Source: Vicinamibacterales bacterium (GTDB lineage Bacteria; Acidobacteriota; Vicinamibacteria; Vicinamibacterales; UBA823). Taken from it: a stretch of DNA of 64,000 bases. The notes beneath the pieces were generated by a model. It worked only from the letters and a program-made list of their open reading frames with translations, was not told the origin of the DNA and ran no database searches. The stretch is from positions 108,327-172,326 of the forward strand of contig DASCOS010000002.1 in the NCBI GenBank assembly GCA_036012125.1, in the 5' to 3' direction. The position numbers and the translations under genes were made by a program. Positions 37,599-48,886 of this stretch are shown piece by piece. Every line of letters starts with the position of its first letter. Position 1 is the first letter of the stretch.

Positions 37599-40064
37599 GT
37601 GAACAGGAGTAAGACGGATCGCCATATGAGCGGTCAAGACGAACGTTACGATTCTGGAAGCGACATGAGCGCTGAGCACCCAATCTCAATTCCGTCGGAG
37701 GTGCCTATCCTGCCGCTGCGGGACACCGTCTTGTTTCCCAACTCGTTTATTCCGCTAGCGGTGGCTCGCGAAAGTTCAGTGCGTCTTATCGAAGAGGCAA
37801 TCGCTTCTGACGCGCTGGTGGGTGTTTTCACGCAACGTGAAGCAGCGACCGAGAAACCTGCACAAGCCGATCTCTATCCGATCGGAACGGTTACCCGTAT
37901 TCACAAGATGTTGAAGCTGCCGGATGGCAGTCTCCGACTCATTGTACAGGGCTTGGAGCGGCTGCACATCCTCCGTTTCAACACTGAGCACCCCTACTTA
38001 CGCGCGGCAGTGGAACCGGCAACTGAGGTAATGGTGGAAGAGGATCGTCTTGAAGTGGATGCGTTCCAGCGCAATATCAAGGCTAACTTTCAGCAGGTCG
38101 TTTCATTGTCACCACTGTTGTCGGATGACCTGCAAATACTCGCGTCGAACATTGAGGAGCCTGGAAAACTAGCTGATTTTATTGCCTCCAGTTTTACAAC
38201 AATCCCTACTTCTGTGAGGCAGGAGGTACTGGAAGCCTTAGACATTCGTACTCGAATGGACGTGCTCAACCGGATTCTTATCAAGGAGCTCGAGGTGCTC
38301 GAGCTAGGCTCGAAGATCCAGTCTCAGGTGCAGTCTGAAGTTGGTAAGAATCAGCGCGACTACTTCCTACGCGAGCAGATGAAGGCGATCCAAAAAGAGC
38401 TAGGTGAAGGCGACGAACAGACTAAGGAGATCGAGGACATCAGAGCCAAGCTTGAGAGCTCTGGGATGCCGGAATCCGTGTTGAAGGAAGCACTACGAGA
38501 ACTGGATCGTTTATCAAAAATGCCTGTGGCGGCGGCTGAGTACACCGTCGCTCGAACCTACTTGGACTGGATCGTTGCGCTGCCGTGGGCGGTTCGGACA
38601 GAGGAGGTCATTGATTTGGCGAGGACGAAGTCGGTTCTAGATAGCGATCATTCCGATCTTGAGAAGGCAAAGGACCGGATTCTTGAGTATTTGGCGGTGC
38701 GAAAGCTAAACCCAGAAATCAAGAGCCCGATTTTATGTTTCGTTGGTCCCCCAGGGGTCGGGAAGACGTCGCTCGCTAAGTCAATCGCATCCTCACTCGA
38801 CCGAAAGCTCGTTCGTATCTCGCTTGGCGGCATGCGCGATGAGGCAGAAATTAGGGGACACCGTCGTACTTATATCGGCGCCTTGCCCGGACAGATAATT
38901 CAGGGACTACGGCGCGCCGAATCGAAAAATCCCGTTTTCGTGCTGGATGAGATCGATAAGCTCGGCATGGATTTCCGGGGCGATCCGGCGTCAGCGCTGC
39001 TTGAGGTGCTCGATCCCGAGCAGAACAACACGTTTCGTGATCACTACCTTGATGTGCCGTTTGATTTATCTGAAATTCTGTTTATCACGACGGCTAACTT
39101 TCTCGACCCGGTGTCTCCAGCCTTACGGGACCGGATGGAGGTGCTTGAACTACCGGGTTACACGGATGAAGAAAAACTCAAGATTGCGTGTGAACATCTC
39201 GTGGGCCGCCAAATTGAAAATCACGGTCTGACACGGGAGCAAATTAGTTTCGAAGAGACGGCGATTCAAACAGTAATTCGCAGTCATACGCGAGAAGCCG
39301 GCGTACGAAACTTGGAGCGAGAGATCGGCTCACTTTGCCGGAAGGTTGCGCGGCGAAGGGCGGAAGGTTTGGAGGAACCAATTGTTGTGACCTCCGACAC
39401 GGTTTTAGAGATGCTTGGGTCGCCGAGGTTCCATGACGAAGAGGTCGTTGAACGAACCAAAGATCCCGGCGTAGCGGTAGGACTTGCGTGGACGCCGGTG
39501 GGTGGCGAGGTGTTGTTTGTTGAGGCAACGTTAATGGCCGGGAGTGGCACATTGACTCTTACAGGACAGCTCGGCGAGGTGATGAAGGAATCGGCCCAGA
39601 CCGCTCTTTCGTGGTTCAGGGCCCATGCCGGGGAGTACGGTGTCGACATGGCCTTCTATCAGAATGCTGAGCTTCATGTGCACGTACCCTCAGGTGCGAT
39701 ACCTAAGGACGGGCCGTCCGCTGGTGTGACGATGGCTACTGCCCTCGCGTCGCGGCTGGCGAACCGGGCCGTCCGCGAGGACTTGGCAATGACGGGCGAA
39801 ATTACTCTTTCGGGCCGTGTATTACCGGTGGGTGGAATTAAAGAAAAGGTGCTCGCTGCACGCCGCCTAGGGATTCCACATATCGTTGTGCCCCGCCTCA
39901 ATCAGAAGAACATCGACGAGGATTTGAGTGAGGATCTTCGTCGTGAAATGACTATCCACTATGTGTCGTCGGTTGATGAAGTCCTCGAACTGGCATTGGA
40001 GCCCTCAAAAGTTCGTGCGGGTGGTCAGTCCTCGGAATCACCGATACCACAGATCGCTAGTTAA
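37599..40064 (+). CDS. lon: ATP-dependent Lon protease (LonA)
   Basis: 821 aa. It has the LON N-domain, Walker [10 protein letters not shown] and Walker [10 protein letters not shown], and the protease motif [15 protein letters not shown] with catalytic Ser. The start may be ATG 37626. Confidence 0.95.
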   Translation: MNRSKTDRHMSGQDERYDSGSDMSAEHPISIPSEVPILPLRDTVLFPNSFIPLAVARESSVRLIEEAIASDALVGVFTQREAATEKPAQADLYPIGTVTRIHKMLKLPDGSLRLIVQGLERLHILRFNTEHPYLRAAVEPATEVMVEEDRLEVDAFQRNIKANFQQVVSLSPLLSDDLQILASNIEEPGKLADFIASSFTTIPTSVRQEVLEALDIRTRMDVLNRILIKELEVLELGSKIQSQVQSEVGKNQRDYFLREQMKAIQKELGEGDEQTKEIEDIRAKLESSGMPESVLKEALRELDRLSKMPVAAAEYTVARTYLDWIVALPWAVRTEEVIDLARTKSVLDSDHSDLEKAKDRILEYLAVRKLNPEIKSPILCFVGPPGVGKTSLAKSIASSLDRKLVRISLGGMRDEAEIRGHRRTYIGALPGQIIQGLRRAESKNPVFVLDEIDKLGMDFRGDPASALLEVLDPEQNNTFRDHYLDVPFDLSEILFITTANFLDPVSPALRDRMEVLELPGYTDEEKLKIACEHLVGRQIENHGLTREQISFEETAIQTVIRSHTREAGVRNLEREIGSLCRKVARRRAEGLEEPIVVTSDTVLEMLGSPRFHDEEVVERTKDPGVAVGLAWTPVGGEVLFVEATLMAGSGTLTLTGQLGEVMKESAQTALSWFRAHAGEYGVDMAFYQNAELHVHVPSGAIPKDGPSAGVTMATALASRLANRAVREDLAMTGEITLSGRVLPVGGIKEKVLAARRLGIPHIVVPRLNQKNIDEDLSEDLRREMTIHYVSSVDEVLELALEPSKVRAGGQSSESPIPQIAS

Positions 40065-40100
40065 TTTAGACATTCGCTGCCAGTGCAGGTCGGTTTCTTA

Positions 40101-41075
40101 CTAGGGTTGCGCTTGCTTTCTCAGGTCGCGCAGCAAGCATCTTAGGTCCTTGGGAAGTTTGGCACGAAACTCGACTTGGCGTCTGTCTCGCGGATGCTTG
40201 AAGGCCAGCCTGCTAGCGTGGAGAAAGGGCCGTGAGAGACTCGCCACGGTACGATGTCTTGGTGCAAGTCGATGTTTGGTACCACCGTACACGGAATCGC
40301 CAACGATAGGATGACCGATAGCTGCTAGATGAACCCGGATTTGGTGGGTGCGACCGGTTAAAATCATGACCCCTATGAGGGTCAGCCCATCGAGTGGTTC
40401 AGCTCTCACGATTTCAGTTATTGCTGTTCTGGACCGAGTCGAACTTGTAGACATTCGCTGTCGCTCAGTCCGGTGTCGACCGATCGGGAGATCAATTTTT
40501 CGCCCGTCTTGAATACCTCCCCAAACGAGTGCCACGTACTCCTTCTTGACTTCACGCTGGCGGAATTGACGCCCCAGCTCACGATGGGCCTGATCGTGTT
40601 TTGCGGCAACCAGTAGGCCTGAGGTTCCCTTATCTAGTCGATGTACGATGCCTGGGCGAAGTTCACCACCGACGCCGCTCAGACCACCCGCGTGATAGAG
40701 CAGAGCATTGACCAGCGTGCCACTTGTGTGGCCGGCTGCGGGGTGCACGACCATCCCCGAGGGTTTATTGATTACGATGATGTCGGCGTCTTCGTGAATG
40801 ATGTCTAGTGGTAAATTCTCTGGAGTTAGGGTTGGAGAGATTGGCGCAGGTACATCGATCGCGATGTGAGCCCCAACACGTGCAACGACACTGGCCTTGA
40901 CTGGTTCCCCATTAAGTTGCACCCGGTTTGTCTTAATCAGCCGTTGGATAAATGAGCGCGAGTGGTTGGGTAGCAACGTTACCAGAAGTTGATCGATACG
41001 TGTTCCACCGTACTTCTCTGGGGTGATTATTTCGATGTGTTCGCCCAGTTCATTCTGATCGGAAGACTCAGGCAT
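40101..41075 (-). CDS. rluD: 23S rRNA pseudouridine synthase, RluA family (RluD-like)
   Basis: An S4 domain (RIDQLL) precedes the catalytic HRLDKGTSGLLV and HQIRVH motifs. ATG 41075 (Met-19 of the track ORF) overlaps the lgt stop by 8 nt. Confidence 0.88.
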   Translation of the reverse strand: MPESSDQNELGEHIEIITPEKYGGTRIDQLLVTLLPNHSRSFIQRLIKTNRVQLNGEPVKASVVARVGAHIAIDVPAPISPTLTPENLPLDIIHEDADIIVINKPSGMVVHPAAGHTSGTLVNALLYHAGGLSGVGGELRPGIVHRLDKGTSGLLVAAKHDQAHRELGRQFRQREVKKEYVALVWGGIQDGRKIDLPIGRHRTERQRMSTSSTRSRTAITEIVRAEPLDGLTLIGVMILTGRTHQIRVHLAAIGHPIVGDSVYGGTKHRLAPRHRTVASLSRPFLHASRLAFKHPRDRRQVEFRAKLPKDLRCLLRDLRKQAQP

Positions 41076-41865
41076 GGGACTTACGTTGGTCGGTAAAGGA
41101 GAATCTAGCAAGATAGACCAACATAACAATACTGAGCGGAACGATGAGTCCCGAGACGAACTGTGAGGTCGAAATGGCGTCGAAAACCATTCCTCTAGGA
41201 TCGCCGCGGTAGAATTCGGTAACGAAGCGTGAGACCCCGTACAGTAGAACGTACAGCCAGAACGTACGGCCCGGAAAACCCTGACTGCGCCGTTCCATAC
41301 CTAACAGCATTAGCAAGATGCCTAATTCTGCGAACGATTCATACAACTGTGTCGGATGGAGGTGGACGTCAAGTGGCGTTCCTACATTGGTTGCTGCGAA
41401 CGTATTCGTGAACACGATGCCCCAGGGCATATCGGTCGGCTTGCCGTAGCAGCAACCTGCCATTAAACAACCGAGGCGACCGATGGCATGCCCCAGCGCG
41501 ATGCCCGGGGCGAAGGCGTCGCATGCCGTCCAGACCGGCATCCGGTGGCGGCGTAGATACCACCAGGCCACCGGTACGGCGAGGAGTAGCCCGCCGTAGA
41601 AGACTCCACCAGCTCGTACGAGCGATAACAACCGTTCCGCGCTTTGGGAGAAGTACTCAAAATCCACAAGGAACAACATCAGTTTGGCACCAACCAGCGC
41701 CGATATGATGATGAGGATTCCTAAATCCATCACCTTATTTGGGTCAAATCCCTGTCTTGCCGAGCGGACTAATGCAAGTTTTAGGCCTATTAGGTAGGCC
41801 GCTGCAAGCAGAACGCCATAGCTGTAAATCGTGATTGGACCGAAACTAAGCAGTGTTGGATACAT
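41068..41865 (-). CDS. lgt: Prolipoprotein diacylglyceryl transferase
   Basis: Starting at ATG 41865, the N-terminus reads MYPTLLSFGPITIYSYG. Motifs GGVFYGGLL, GRLGC..AGCCYG and HPTQLYES are present. It overlaps the lspA end by 20 nt. Confidence 0.9.
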   Translation of the reverse strand: MYPTLLSFGPITIYSYGVLLAAAYLIGLKLALVRSARQGFDPNKVMDLGILIIISALVGAKLMLFLVDFEYFSQSAERLLSLVRAGGVFYGGLLLAVPVAWWYLRRHRMPVWTACDAFAPGIALGHAIGRLGCLMAGCCYGKPTDMPWGIVFTNTFAATNVGTPLDVHLHPTQLYESFAELGILLMLLGMERRSQGFPGRTFWLYVLLYGVSRFVTEFYRGDPRGMVFDAISTSQFVSGLIVPLSIVMLVYLARFSFTDQRKSHA

Positions 41866-42385
41866 TGCGATCTTCCGTGCGAACGGTATCAACAAGTAAA
41901 CAGATTGCACCGATTGTTATCATTGAATCTGCAACATTGAATGCCCAAAAATGATACGTACCCCAGTACACATCGACGAAATCAACGACATGGCCGATCA
42001 TGAGGCGATCGGCCATGTTTCCCAAAGCACCGCCGAAAATCAATGCCAAGCCAATCCTCGCAGAAGTACCGTGTGAGAAAGTCCGCGCGGCATAGATCCC
42101 GAGTATAACCAGCGCCAGCAGAGCGACTCCTGTCATGACCACGGGCTTAAAAGGAAAGTCCGCTGCATTCAGGATGCCGAATGCTGCTCCCGTATTCCGC
42201 ACGTGGGTGATGTTCACGAGGCCTGGGATCAGAGTGATGCTGTCGTGGAGTGGAATGAGTTGTCGGACGAGTGCTTTACAGAGTTGGTCTAAGCCAACGA
42301 TACTTCCTGCCACAATGAAGATCGACCATCGAATGTGGCAGGGCCACGATTTACCCATCGAAGGTCCGATTGGGTGAGACATCAT
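41846..42385 (-). CDS. lspA: Lipoprotein signal peptidase (signal peptidase II)
   Basis: 179 aa with four transmembrane segments. Motifs NTGAAFG, GGALGN..DR and FNVAD. Confidence 0.9.
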   Translation of the reverse strand: MMSHPIGPSMGKSWPCHIRWSIFIVAGSIVGLDQLCKALVRQLIPLHDSITLIPGLVNITHVRNTGAAFGILNAADFPFKPVVMTGVALLALVILGIYAARTFSHGTSARIGLALIFGGALGNMADRLMIGHVVDFVDVYWGTYHFWAFNVADSMITIGAICLLVDTVRTEDRNVSNTA

Positions 42386-42392
42386 CGTGATG

Positions 42393-45215
42393 TTAGGGAG
42401 AAGGGATCTTTGCGGCGCTCAACATTTCGACGCAACGATCACACAATCCTTGCTTGTCCGGTTGGTTAGATAGTGACGGCACGTAACGCCAGCAACGCTC
42501 GCATTTGAGTCCAGAAGCACGGCCGACTTCAATCCCAATCGTCTCACCCGTCACCGAGCTCTCGTCCGTGGACGTCATTTGCACGGACTCGACCTGTGCT
42601 TGCGCGATTAACAGGGTTGGAAGCTCGTCTCGGTATCGTTCAAGCAGGGCGAGTGTATCACCGCTTGCTCGAAGTTGAACACATGCTTCAAGAGAGGTGC
42701 CGACCGTCTTGTTCTTACGCAGGATCTCTATCTTGGCATTTACCGCCTCGCGAATTCTAACTAAACGTTCCCACCGTTCGACCAACTCAGAATCAATGAG
42801 TTCGTCGAGCCCAGACGGAAAATCAGCAAGATGTACGGAAACCTCTCTGGAACCCGGTAGCACTCTCCAGAGTTCGTCTGCCGTCACGGGTAATATCGGA
42901 GCGATGAGCTGCGTCAAACCATCGGCAATCCGAAAGATCGCAGTCTGCGTAGACCGGCGTGCTGGATGTGCCGGTGCGAATGTATACAGCCGGTCCTTTA
43001 CGATATCGATGTAGAGGGCACTCAACTCAACGGTGACAAATCTATTAAGTGTTTGAAAAATTTGCTGAAAATCGTACCTATCGTAAGCAGTGATGACTCG
43101 CGTTGCATTGTCGGCGTAGCGCGCGAGCACGAATCTGTCAAGCTCCTCTAATTGGTCGGGTGGCACAGCATCCTCAATCGGCTCAAAATCATGAAGGTTG
43201 GCGACCAGAATGCGTAATGTGTTACGAATTTTTCGGTAAGCCTCGATGACTCGTGCCAAGATCTCTTTACCGATTCTAACGTCTTCTCGGTAGTCGACCA
43301 TCGCGACCCACAGCCGTAGGATCTCCGCACCGCTTTCTTCGATGACGGTCTGTGGAGCGATGTCGTTGCCTAGAGACTTCGACATCTTTCGGCCTGATTC
43401 ATCGACGACGAATCCGTGTGTGATGACCTGACGGTAGGGCGCTTTTCCTCGTGTGCCTTGTCCAACTAGAAGGGAACTGTGGAACCATCCACGATATTGG
43501 TCGCTTCCTTCGAGGTAGATCTCGGCTGGCCACCCGAGCTGGCGGTCCTCCAGGACCGCCTCGTGGCTGGAGCCAGAATCGAACCAAACATCCAAGATGT
43601 CCTGTTCGCGTTTGAATTCATTACCACCACAGGTGTCACACTTATGTTTCGGTGGAACGAATTCCGATAGGTCTCGTTCATACCAGGCGTCTGCTCCAAA
43701 GGCTTCAAACACTTTGGCCGCGTGCTCGGTCAGGGCTGTCGTTAGCGCAGCGTCACCACACTTCGTGCAGTACAACGCAGGAATTGGTACACCCCACGAC
43801 CTCTGGCGGGAAATACACCAGTCGGGACGATATTCCAGCATGTTGTGAATGCGTTCTTGACCCCACGGGGGGAACCACTGAACCTCTTGAATAGCATTCA
43901 ATGCACCTTGCCGTAGTCCCGCTGCTTCCATTGCAATAAACCATTGCCAGGTTGCGAGGAAAATGACGGGGTGCCGACAGCGCCAGCAGTGGGGATAGGA
44001 ATGTTCCAATTGAGCTCTATGCCATAGTCGTCCAGCATCGGCTAAAGCCTCTTCGATTTTCGGATTCGCGTCGAAGACACGCATGCCAGAGAAGGTTTTA
44101 ACCGTGCTGTCGAATTTTCCATCGGGGCCAACCGGGGCGTATGTCTCTAGACCGTACTTCACACCTGTGTTGAAGTCGTCAGCACCGTGACCAGGCGCCG
44201 TGTGTACGACCCCGGTACCCTGCTCAAGCGTTACGTAATTGCCTAGAACGCCGACCGATACTCGATCGTAGAGTGGATGCTTGAAGCGTAAGCCCTCGAG
44301 CTCGGCACCCTTAACGACAGCGAGGCGTTCGCCTAGGTGGCGTCCTATTTCAGTTTCGATACGTTCCGCGATTGCATCAGCGACGACGACAATAGTGGGA
44401 GAGTCACCGCTATCCGGAGAATAGAACCCATAGTCGAGATCAGGATGAAATGCGATCGCCAGGTTGGACGGGATGGTCCATGGTGTTGTGGTCCAGATGA
44501 GAGCGGAAACGGGCCGCTCCCCAAGGGCTTTTTGCTTGGCGGCAAGTTCCTCAATGGACTCCTTTGCCATCTTGAACTCTACGTAGATCGAAGGTGAGTT
44601 ATGAGGTGCGTAATCGACCTCCGCTTCTGCCAGCGCTGTTTGGCAATGAATGCACCAATGCACTGGTTTCTTACCTCGATACACCATACCTTGCTCGACG
44701 AATTTACCCAGTGCCCGGACGATTGCGGCTTGGTAGCGAAAAGCCATGGTCAGGTAGGGTTCCGACCAAGTTCCGAGTACACCCAGGCGCTTGAAGTCTT
44801 CACGCTGCACGCCAACGTAGGTTTCAGCGTAAGTCCTGTATGCTCGGCGGAGATCGGCTTTACTTAGATCGCGTTTTCTTGAGCCAAGCTCACGGTCTAC
44901 CTTGAGTTCAATTGGGAGTCCGTGACAATCCCAGCCGGGCACGTATGGGCTGTCGAACCCAGACATTGTTTTGGCCCGTACGACAAAATCCTTAAGGATC
45001 TTGTTGAGTGCTGTGCCGATGTGAATGCGCCCGTTAGCGTAAGGTGGACCGTCGTGCAGAACGCATTTAGGTGCTCCAGCACGGTGAGCACGAATTTGCT
45101 CGTAGAGTCCGGTCTCTTCCCAGCGCGCAATCGCTTCGGGCTCAGCCTTCTGCAGGCTTGCCTTCATAGGGAACTCGGTGCGTGGGAGGTTGAGGGTTGA
45201 TTTCCAGTCGGCCAT
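42393..45215 (-). CDS. ileS: Isoleucine--tRNA ligase
   Basis: 940 aa. HIGH-type PYANGRIHIGT, plus KMSKSLGN. The C-terminal zinc-binding motif is CERCW...C.RC. Confidence 0.97.
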   Translation of the reverse strand: MADWKSTLNLPRTEFPMKASLQKAEPEAIARWEETGLYEQIRAHRAGAPKCVLHDGPPYANGRIHIGTALNKILKDFVVRAKTMSGFDSPYVPGWDCHGLPIELKVDRELGSRKRDLSKADLRRAYRTYAETYVGVQREDFKRLGVLGTWSEPYLTMAFRYQAAIVRALGKFVEQGMVYRGKKPVHWCIHCQTALAEAEVDYAPHNSPSIYVEFKMAKESIEELAAKQKALGERPVSALIWTTTPWTIPSNLAIAFHPDLDYGFYSPDSGDSPTIVVVADAIAERIETEIGRHLGERLAVVKGAELEGLRFKHPLYDRVSVGVLGNYVTLEQGTGVVHTAPGHGADDFNTGVKYGLETYAPVGPDGKFDSTVKTFSGMRVFDANPKIEEALADAGRLWHRAQLEHSYPHCWRCRHPVIFLATWQWFIAMEAAGLRQGALNAIQEVQWFPPWGQERIHNMLEYRPDWCISRQRSWGVPIPALYCTKCGDAALTTALTEHAAKVFEAFGADAWYERDLSEFVPPKHKCDTCGGNEFKREQDILDVWFDSGSSHEAVLEDRQLGWPAEIYLEGSDQYRGWFHSSLLVGQGTRGKAPYRQVITHGFVVDESGRKMSKSLGNDIAPQTVIEESGAEILRLWVAMVDYREDVRIGKEILARVIEAYRKIRNTLRILVANLHDFEPIEDAVPPDQLEELDRFVLARYADNATRVITAYDRYDFQQIFQTLNRFVTVELSALYIDIVKDRLYTFAPAHPARRSTQTAIFRIADGLTQLIAPILPVTADELWRVLPGSREVSVHLADFPSGLDELIDSELVERWERLVRIREAVNAKIEILRKNKTVGTSLEACVQLRASGDTLALLERYRDELPTLLIAQAQVESVQMTSTDESSVTGETIGIEVGRASGLKCERCWRYVPSLSNQPDKQGLCDRCVEMLSAAKIPSP

Positions 45216-45484
45216 GAAACGTTGTCAGTTGCTAGGTTCGTGCTAGGCTACCTCCGGAGCGCCTCGCTGCCCCCTAGTTTGCCTGATCATTGTAGTGCAA
45301 TTTAGCGAGACAACACGGAGCCGAACCCAGACTCCTGGCGAATTAATATAACGCCGACGTGGTCGATCTTTGTGTTGAGGTGGCTGTTCCGTCCATTCGT
45401 GCGACAATGTTTGACAACGGATGTAGCGTGCCTTGGCTTCGTCGACCCACACGATACGGATGTTGAAGGCGCCAACTTTCCACG

Positions 45485-46312
45485 ATGTTGAGTCAGCCCT
45501 TCCGATTTCGCGATCTCCATACGCTGGATGAACTAAAGCGTGTGGTCGAACTTGAGACGATTGTCTGGGAGTACACAGATCTCCAGGATGTAGTTCCAGT
45601 ACCGATTCTAGCGATCAACGTGAAGCGTGGTGGGATCCTGATAGGCGCATTCGATGAGTCCGAGGCGATGGTGGGATTCGCTTACTCGCTACCGGGCTTG
45701 AAATCTGGTCACCTGATTCAATGGTCACACATGCTCGGAGTGTTAGAGGCGCACCGCAATACTGGCCTCGGCCGGTTGCTTAAGCTGGAGCAGCGGAAGC
45801 GAGCGCTCGAGATGGATATTAAAGTGATCGAATGGACTTTCGACCCGATGCAGTCGATGAACGCGCACTTTAATCTAACGAAACTTGGTGCTGTGATAAT
45901 CGAGTACGAAGAAAATATTTATGGTGAGTCAAGTAGCTCGCTCCACCGAGGAACCCCGACAGACCGTTTTGTAGCAGGGTGGAATCTGGAATCATCCCGC
46001 GTTCTTACTCGAATCGCTGGGACTACAGATGACATACCCATTGCCAGCGAGCTGCCGTTGATTAACGAAACCAACGTTGAGGATGTTTGGCTTACTTTCA
46101 AATCTTGGGATTCGAAACTTACACAACCTCGTCTTCGGGTTGAGATTCCGACTGGTTTTGGGGAAATGCAGCGCTCGTCACCCGACAGGGCTCGCGATTG
46201 GCGCACTGCCAGCCGCGACATGTTCACCACTTATATGGCTCGTGGCTACCAGGTAGTTGAATTCGTCTTCGACCGTGCGGCTGGGCGCGGTTGGTACTTC
46301 CTAGAACGGTGA
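45485..46312 (+). CDS. Uncharacterised GNAT-fold-like protein (resembles the predicted acetyltransferase COG3375 class)
   Basis: 275 aa. The central R..G.G..LK..QR..A......I.WTFDP pattern recalls a GNAT acetyl-CoA loop. This assignment is from memory of the family and is unverified. Confidence 0.45.
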   Translation: MLSQPFRFRDLHTLDELKRVVELETIVWEYTDLQDVVPVPILAINVKRGGILIGAFDESEAMVGFAYSLPGLKSGHLIQWSHMLGVLEAHRNTGLGRLLKLEQRKRALEMDIKVIEWTFDPMQSMNAHFNLTKLGAVIIEYEENIYGESSSSLHRGTPTDRFVAGWNLESSRVLTRIAGTTDDIPIASELPLINETNVEDVWLTFKSWDSKLTQPRLRVEIPTGFGEMQRSSPDRARDWRTASRDMFTTYMARGYQVVEFVFDRAAGRGWYFLER

Positions 46313-46333
46313 TGGTTCGAAGGGACTCGATTG

Positions 46334-46678
46334 TTATCCGGGCGGCCAGGTGAGAGCGCGTCCGCCAAGCAGGTGCAGGTGGATGTGAAAGACGGTTTGC
46401 CCCGCCCCACGGTTGCAATTAAAGACGGTACGATACCCACTGTCCGCGATACCTCGTTCCTTGGCGATAGCAGCGGAACGCCAGATCATTTCACCAACGA
46501 GTTCCTTGTCGCTAGGAGTGAGGTCATTAAGAGTTTCCACATGCTGGCGTGGCACGATTAGTACGTGTGTCGGCGCTCGCGGGCTGATGTCCTCAAATGC
46601 CACAAGTGTCTCATCTTCGTACACAATTGTGGCCGACACCTCGCCTTTGACAATTCGGCAAAACAGACAGTCACTCAT
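46334..46678 (-). CDS. HIT-family (histidine triad) nucleotide hydrolase
   Basis: 114 aa. CLFCRIV.GE, plus the histidine triad HIHLHLLGG. Confidence 0.9.
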   Translation of the reverse strand: MSDCLFCRIVKGEVSATIVYEDETLVAFEDISPRAPTHVLIVPRQHVETLNDLTPSDKELVGEMIWRSAAIAKERGIADSGYRTVFNCNRGAGQTVFHIHLHLLGGRALTWPPG

Positions 46679-47535
46679 CGGTTATTCCGATACGTTGCCA
46701 CGCCAACGCGGGGCAACCCTTGAATGTCGTGGACGACTTGTATATCGGTTAGATGAGTAGCGTTGGCAATCTGCCTAAACACCGCTTCTTGATCGCACCC
46801 GAACTCAACTATAAGTGAACCGTTATTGACGAGTTTGAGGCTAGCTTTCTCGATAAGCGCACGCAGTGTCTCAGTACCGCCGGCTCCGCCGTTCAGCGCA
46901 AGGTGCGGTTCGTGGTCTCGCACCTCCGGTGCTAGGTGCTGCATTGCCTGGGCCGTTACGTAGGGCGGATTTGACACGATTAGGTCAAGGGGTCCGGAAA
47001 GACCTGCTAACTGCGGGCCGTGCCGTAACTCGATCCGATCCGAGACGCCATGACGTTTGGCATTGGCCTGAGCAACGGCCAGTGCCGGTTGGGAGATGTC
47101 CGTTGCGACGATCGTCATATTAGGAAATTCAATGGCAAGTACGACGGCGATACAGCCCGACCCGGTACCCACGTCGACGAGCACACCGTTTATTGATCGA
47201 TCAGGTCTAAGTTGTAGGACGGTTTCGATAAGGAGCTCTGTTTCAGGTCTAGGAATTAAAGTGTCTGGTGTTACAGCGAATTCCAAGCCCCAGAACTCGC
47301 GCTTACCCGTTAGATAGGCCACTGGTTCTCGCCGCGCGCGCCGCGCAATCAGAGAAATGTACTCTTTGTCGAATGCCCGGGTGATTTTCTGGTGGCGTTC
47401 GGTGAAATAGGTCGCACGGTCCCACCCGAGAAGGTGGCGTGCAAGGACCTCCGCATCGAGGCCGGCTTCTTCCGGACGGATTCCCGACTCGATCAGTCTT
47501 GTGCAAGCGGCATTCACCAGAGAGAGGATACTCAC
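46675..47535 (-). CDS. prmC: Release-factor glutamine N5-methyltransferase
   Basis: 286 aa. SAM motif [11 protein letters not shown] and catalytic NPPY. It lies immediately downstream of prfA with a 4-nt overlap. Confidence 0.9.
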   Translation of the reverse strand: MSILSLVNAACTRLIESGIRPEEAGLDAEVLARHLLGWDRATYFTERHQKITRAFDKEYISLIARRARREPVAYLTGKREFWGLEFAVTPDTLIPRPETELLIETVLQLRPDRSINGVLVDVGTGSGCIAVVLAIEFPNMTIVATDISQPALAVAQANAKRHGVSDRIELRHGPQLAGLSGPLDLIVSNPPYVTAQAMQHLAPEVRDHEPHLALNGGAGGTETLRALIEKASLKLVNNGSLIVEFGCDQEAVFRQIANATHLTDIQVVHDIQGLPRVGVATYRNNR

Positions 47536-48614
47536 GGTTTGAGGGATACCTCTTGGACTTGTTTAAGCTCTTCGGATTGGAAATGGGTCACAACCTGCTC
47601 AATCAAATCTGATAAATCACCGTTCAACACTTCAGTAAGCTGGTGCGTCGTGAAGTTAATACGGTGATCCGTGATTCGGTTTTGCGGGAAGTTGTATGTG
47701 CGGATTTTTTCTGAGCGTTCGCCAGTACCGACTTGACTGCGTCGGTCTTGGGCAATGGCATCCTGTTGTTTTTGAAGCTCGAGCTCGTAGAGTCGTGAAC
47801 GAAGAACCTTCATTGCCTTCGCCTTGTTCTTGATCTGTGATTTTTCGTCCTGCTGCGATACCACAATTCCCGTCGGTAGGTGGGTCACACGCACGGCTGA
47901 ATACGTGGTGTTAACACTTTGTCCTCCCGGGCCGCTTGAACAGAATGTGTCGATCCGAATTTCCTTCGGGTCGATTTGAATATCGACATCTTCGGCTTCA
48001 GGAAGTACGGCGACAGTCGCCGTTGATGTATGAATCCGGCCGCTTGCTTCAGTTGTTGGTACGCGCTGAACCCGGTGCACGCCACTTTCGTACTTTAGTC
48101 GGCTATACACTCGGCGTCCCTCAATAATCGCGATAACTTCTTTAATGCCGCCTATACCGGTCTCGTTAATCGAAAGCATGTCGATCCGCCATCCTTGGCG
48201 CTCGGCAAATCGACTGTACATCCGGAAGAGATCGGCTCCAAAAATACCGGCCTCGTTTCCACCTGTGCCTGCCCGAATTTCCAGAATCACGTTTTTTTCA
48301 TCGTTAGGGTCCTTGGGAACGAGGAGCAATTTAATGTCGGCGAGTAAGGTGTCCTCACGTTCGCGCAGGACGTGAAGCTCCTGCTCTGCGAGGTCGTGCA
48401 TCTCGCCGTCAGTCGAATTTAGGAGTTCTCGAGCCTGTTCGATTTCGGCCAAGATACCTTTGTAGTCGCGAAACTTTTCGACTAACGGCTGAATGTCAGC
48501 GAGTGCTTTGGCATGTTTACGATACTGCGCGGAATCAGATTCAGCACTCAAATTGCTGATGCTCTGCATCAGTTCGTCGTACCGTGTTTCAATCGCAGTC
48601 AGTTTTTCGAACAT
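47532..48614 (-). CDS. prfA: Peptide chain release factor 1
   Basis: 360 aa. [15 protein letters not shown] carries the PxT-type codon-recognition loop, and SGPGGQSVN carries the GGQ motif. Confidence 0.95.
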   Translation of the reverse strand: MFEKLTAIETRYDELMQSISNLSAESDSAQYRKHAKALADIQPLVEKFRDYKGILAEIEQARELLNSTDGEMHDLAEQELHVLREREDTLLADIKLLLVPKDPNDEKNVILEIRAGTGGNEAGIFGADLFRMYSRFAERQGWRIDMLSINETGIGGIKEVIAIIEGRRVYSRLKYESGVHRVQRVPTTEASGRIHTSTATVAVLPEAEDVDIQIDPKEIRIDTFCSSGPGGQSVNTTYSAVRVTHLPTGIVVSQQDEKSQIKNKAKAMKVLRSRLYELELQKQQDAIAQDRRSQVGTGERSEKIRTYNFPQNRITDHRINFTTHQLTEVLNGDLSDLIEQVVTHFQSEELKQVQEVSLKP

Positions 48615-48628
48615 AGCCGGACCCAGTG

Positions 48629-48886
48629 TCAGCCGGGAAATTCTCCACCCGAGACAGGAGGAAGGAAGGCCACCTCATCGCCATCATCGAGTACCGTTTC
48701 CATTTTTGCGTATTCAGCATTCACCGCCGTTGATATCGACCCTGTGTAGGTACTGATGTCAGGAAACTCCTCCACTAGATCGTCCCATATCCTTTGTGCA
48801 GTTGTGCCAGTTGGTACGTCGCGGTTCAGCTCAGCCACGCCGACAATGTCGCGAAGGCGGGCGAACACGCGAATGTTCACACGCAT
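48629..48886 (-). CDS. moaD: MoaD/ThiS-family sulfur-carrier protein with a 4-residue extension after Gly-Gly
   Basis: 85 aa. [13 protein letters not shown]...[14 protein letters not shown] is followed by EFPG and a stop. I checked the codons by hand at 48629-48660. Confidence 0.8.
   Translation of the reverse strand: MRVNIRVFARLRDIVGVAELNRDVPTGTTAQRIWDDLVEEFPDISTYTGSISTAVNAEYAKMETVLDDGDEVAFLPPVSGGEFPG

Noticed and set aside
45216-45484. A possible T-box or attenuator leader upstream of ileS
   Set aside because: I found no specifier-loop or T-box (AGGGTGGNACCGCG-like) sequence, and no terminator/antiterminator pair, on the minus strand.
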